Of a stretch of DNA of 64,000 nt, positions 61,487 through 64,000 are shown in pieces. A program made the position numbers and the translations under genes. The stretch spans positions 43,310,224 to 43,374,223 of the forward strand of contig NC_068981.1 in the NCBI RefSeq assembly GCF_001194135.2. The letters run 5' to 3'. The notes under the pieces are model-generated. The model saw nothing but the letters and a program-made list of their open reading frames with translations. It ran no database searches and had not been told where the DNA came from. Numbering within the stretch: the first letter of the stretch is position 1; the number at the start of each line of letters is the position of its first letter. Origin of the DNA: Octopus bimaculoides. Its lineage: Eukaryota.

Positions 61487-61705
61487 CCCTTCTGATACCA
61501 AACTGCCTGAAAACCGCACCAGGGTCTATAACATAAACATATGGTTCTAAAGTGGTCTAAATTACAATTTTCCATCAAAATTTTATGCTAACTTGCTCCA
61601 AACCCCCAGCTTAATAATAAAGTTATTTTATGAAATACTTCATTGATTCAAAAATTAATTGAAATAAAGGTAGCATACGTTGACCAAAATATGGTAATGA
61701 AAGAG
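61487..61705. mobile_element. piggyBac-type MITE, 219 bp
   Basis: TTAA|CCCTTCTGATACCA ... TGGTAATGAAAGAG|TTAA. Confidence 0.75.
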
Positions 61706-62412
61706 TTAACAGTGAAGTAACAACTCTGGACATATGTTATTGGAGCACCTCAGCAGAGTATAATTTATTCCTTCTAGATCGTTTAAAAAGAGAAGATTAT
61801 AAATCTTTTGTGAATAAATGGCGGTGCCCCAGCATAGCCACAGCTCATGAGCTGAAACTAGATAAAATGAAAAAAAATGAAAAAATGAAACACAAATAGT
61901 GGCATTATGAATTAAAATAGAGTTTGTATAAAAAGCTCAATGTAATCTGTTGCATAAAACTTCATAGTACATTGTACTCTAGTATACTTGATATAGTTAT
62001 TCAAAGAAAAATTAATAAAATTATTGTTCTCATCACTACTGGTGTAATTTTAATAAATAAGTACTTAGTTTACTGTATGAAGCATACCCACTTACTGTGG
62101 TGTTTACTATGTGCAGTGGTCTATGAATGTTCTTTCCCAGTCATTCTTACTCTTTTACTTTTTTTTACTTGTTTCTGTTATTGGACTAACTATTCTGAAG
62201 CATCCTGAAAGAGATTAGACAATCTTATTCTCTCCAATATTTAAGTGTGGTGGCCATTCCATACCCTTTCTTTTACTCTGAATAATTGTGTTATGGGAGA
62301 CTTAAATAAGCCTACACAGGTGATCCAGTAGTGAAAGACAAATGTACACACACATGCACGCACGCACACACACACACACACACTTACTCACACACACTTA
62401 CACACACATATA

Positions 62413-63358
62413 AGTGAGGGTCAAAAATTATATGCAATTTTGTTTTTTCAATGTATTTACACAAAAGGAGATAAAAAGGTGTCGTTTTTCTGTATAGTTT
62501 CCCTCCTTTTCTATGCACTTGGTCCAGCGGTCCACAAGCTTGCGAATTCCATCCAAGAAGAAGGTTTTCGGTTGGTTGTGCAACCAATTATACACACTTC
62601 CTTCACTTCTTCATCCATAGGAAAGCAACCACCTCGTAAACCATCTTTGAGTGGTCCAAAGATATGACAGTCAGAAAGGATGAAATCTGGGCTGTAGGCA
62701 AGGTGTTCCAGTATCTCAAAACTCAATCGGTTAATGATTTCAATGGTGTGGGCAGCTATGTGTGGGCATGCATTGTTATGGAAGAACAAAACTTTCTTCT
62801 ATAATAGGCTTTGGCACTTGGTGTGAATTACTGGCTTCAGTTTGTTGGCCAGCGAAGCACTGTATCTTGCATTGTTGATCATACACACTTTTTCCAGGTA
62901 GTGTTCCAGTATAAGCCCTTTTGAGTCCCAAAAATAGGTTAGCATCACCTTTGCCATGTAAGATTGAGTCTTGAATTTTTTTGTCACAGCTGAGCCAGGA
63001 CGTTTCCACTCCATACTCTGTCTTTTGGATTCTGCCTCATAATGATGAACCCACGTTTCATCTCCTGTGACTATCCTTCTCAAATATTCCTCACCCTCAT
63101 TATTGTAATGGCTGAGTAAACATTGGCAGACCTGAAGACGTTTGTGCTTGTGCTCTGTAGTAAACTCTCTTGGCACCCATCTTGCACAGACTTTATGGCC
63201 ACAGCAAAGCCAGAAAGAAAAATGGTATGATCAGGTTCAAAATTTGATCATGTGATCACAATAGTATCAACTATAAGCATGCATGTGCAGAAGGCAGTGT
63301 GACAATAATAAAGATATGTTATGGTGAAAGTGTGGATAACTTTTGACTTCCCCTCAAA
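62413..63358 (-). mobile_element. Mariner transposon with both TIRs, N-terminal deletion, defective transposase
   Basis: KVCARWVPRE, IVTGDETWVHHY, HNNACPH, HLAYSPDF..SDCHIFGPLK; TIRs TGAGGG..TCAAAAATTAT (62415) and TGAGGGGAAGTCAAAAGTTAT (reverse complement at ~63336-63356). Confidence 0.92.
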
Positions 63359-63763
63359 TATATATATGTGTGTGTGTGTATATATATAAACATCTTCAGG
63401 GAAAAAGGTAAAGAACAAAAAGTAAACACCAAAAACATCGTCTCTAAGTCCAGTTCATATTCAAACTTCTCCTTAAATAATTCGTTAAATAAATTCTTCC
63501 TTAAATTATTTGACAGTTAAATATAGCCTTATACAGAAATGTTGACATAGGAATAAATTTCAATGATAATGGATATCAGCGTCAAAACTCTCTTTTAAAT
63601 TTAAATTTTTGATATATAACCAAGGAGATCGATCCTTAAGGAGTCTACTTTAGACTTTGCAGAGAAATCGCTTGCTATATTGGTAGCGATTACACGTTTT
63701 TCTCATCATCAACACATTGTGGAGATATCATCATATGAACAATTATATATATATATATATATA

Positions 63764-64000
63764 TCATCATCATCATCATCATCATCGTTTAACGTCCGCT
63801 TTCCATGCTAGCATGGGTTGGACGATTTGACTGAGGACTGGTGAAACCGGATGGCAACACCAGGCTCCAGTCTGATTTGGCAGAGTTTCTACAGCTGGAT
63901 GCCCTTCCTAACGCCAACCACTCAGAGAGTGTAGTGGGTGCTTTTACGTGTCACCCGCACGAAAACGGCCACGCTCGAAATGGTGTTTTTTATGTGCCAC
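63764..64000 (-). mobile_element. Young RTE 3' UTR/tail copy, cut by window end
   Basis: Family match with CpGs retained. Confidence 0.9.

Overview
AT-rich eukaryotic DNA with six N-gaps, very dense microsatellites and a heavy load of decayed transposons. The repeat families (tRNA-derived SINEs, RTE tails ending in (GAT)n, R4/Dong, Penelope-like, mariner) suggest an octopus (coleoid cephalopod) draft assembly; this is inferred from repeat content, not verified. No intact gene, RNA gene or CRISPR array is visible. Most ORFs in the supplied track are translations of microsatellites or N-runs; the ones with recognisable protein motifs are TE relics. A few short plus-strand segments have plausible splice signals and can be joined in frame, so the window may be intronic to an unidentified gene (low confidence). 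I did not find a clearly new protein-coding system. The most unusual structures are: (1) a 600-bp foldback MITE with a head-to-head telomeric-repeat palindrome inside; (2) four same-orientation SINEs separated by a recurring ~17-bp motif; (3) Penelope-like relics with inverted termini and degenerate hammerhead-like motifs; (4) an RTE 3' UTR built from a variable number of hairpin units; (5) a hAT-type insertion exactly in an RT YADD motif; (6) R4/Dong-type insertions clustered at (TAA)n. All alignments were done by eye and most boundaries are approximate.
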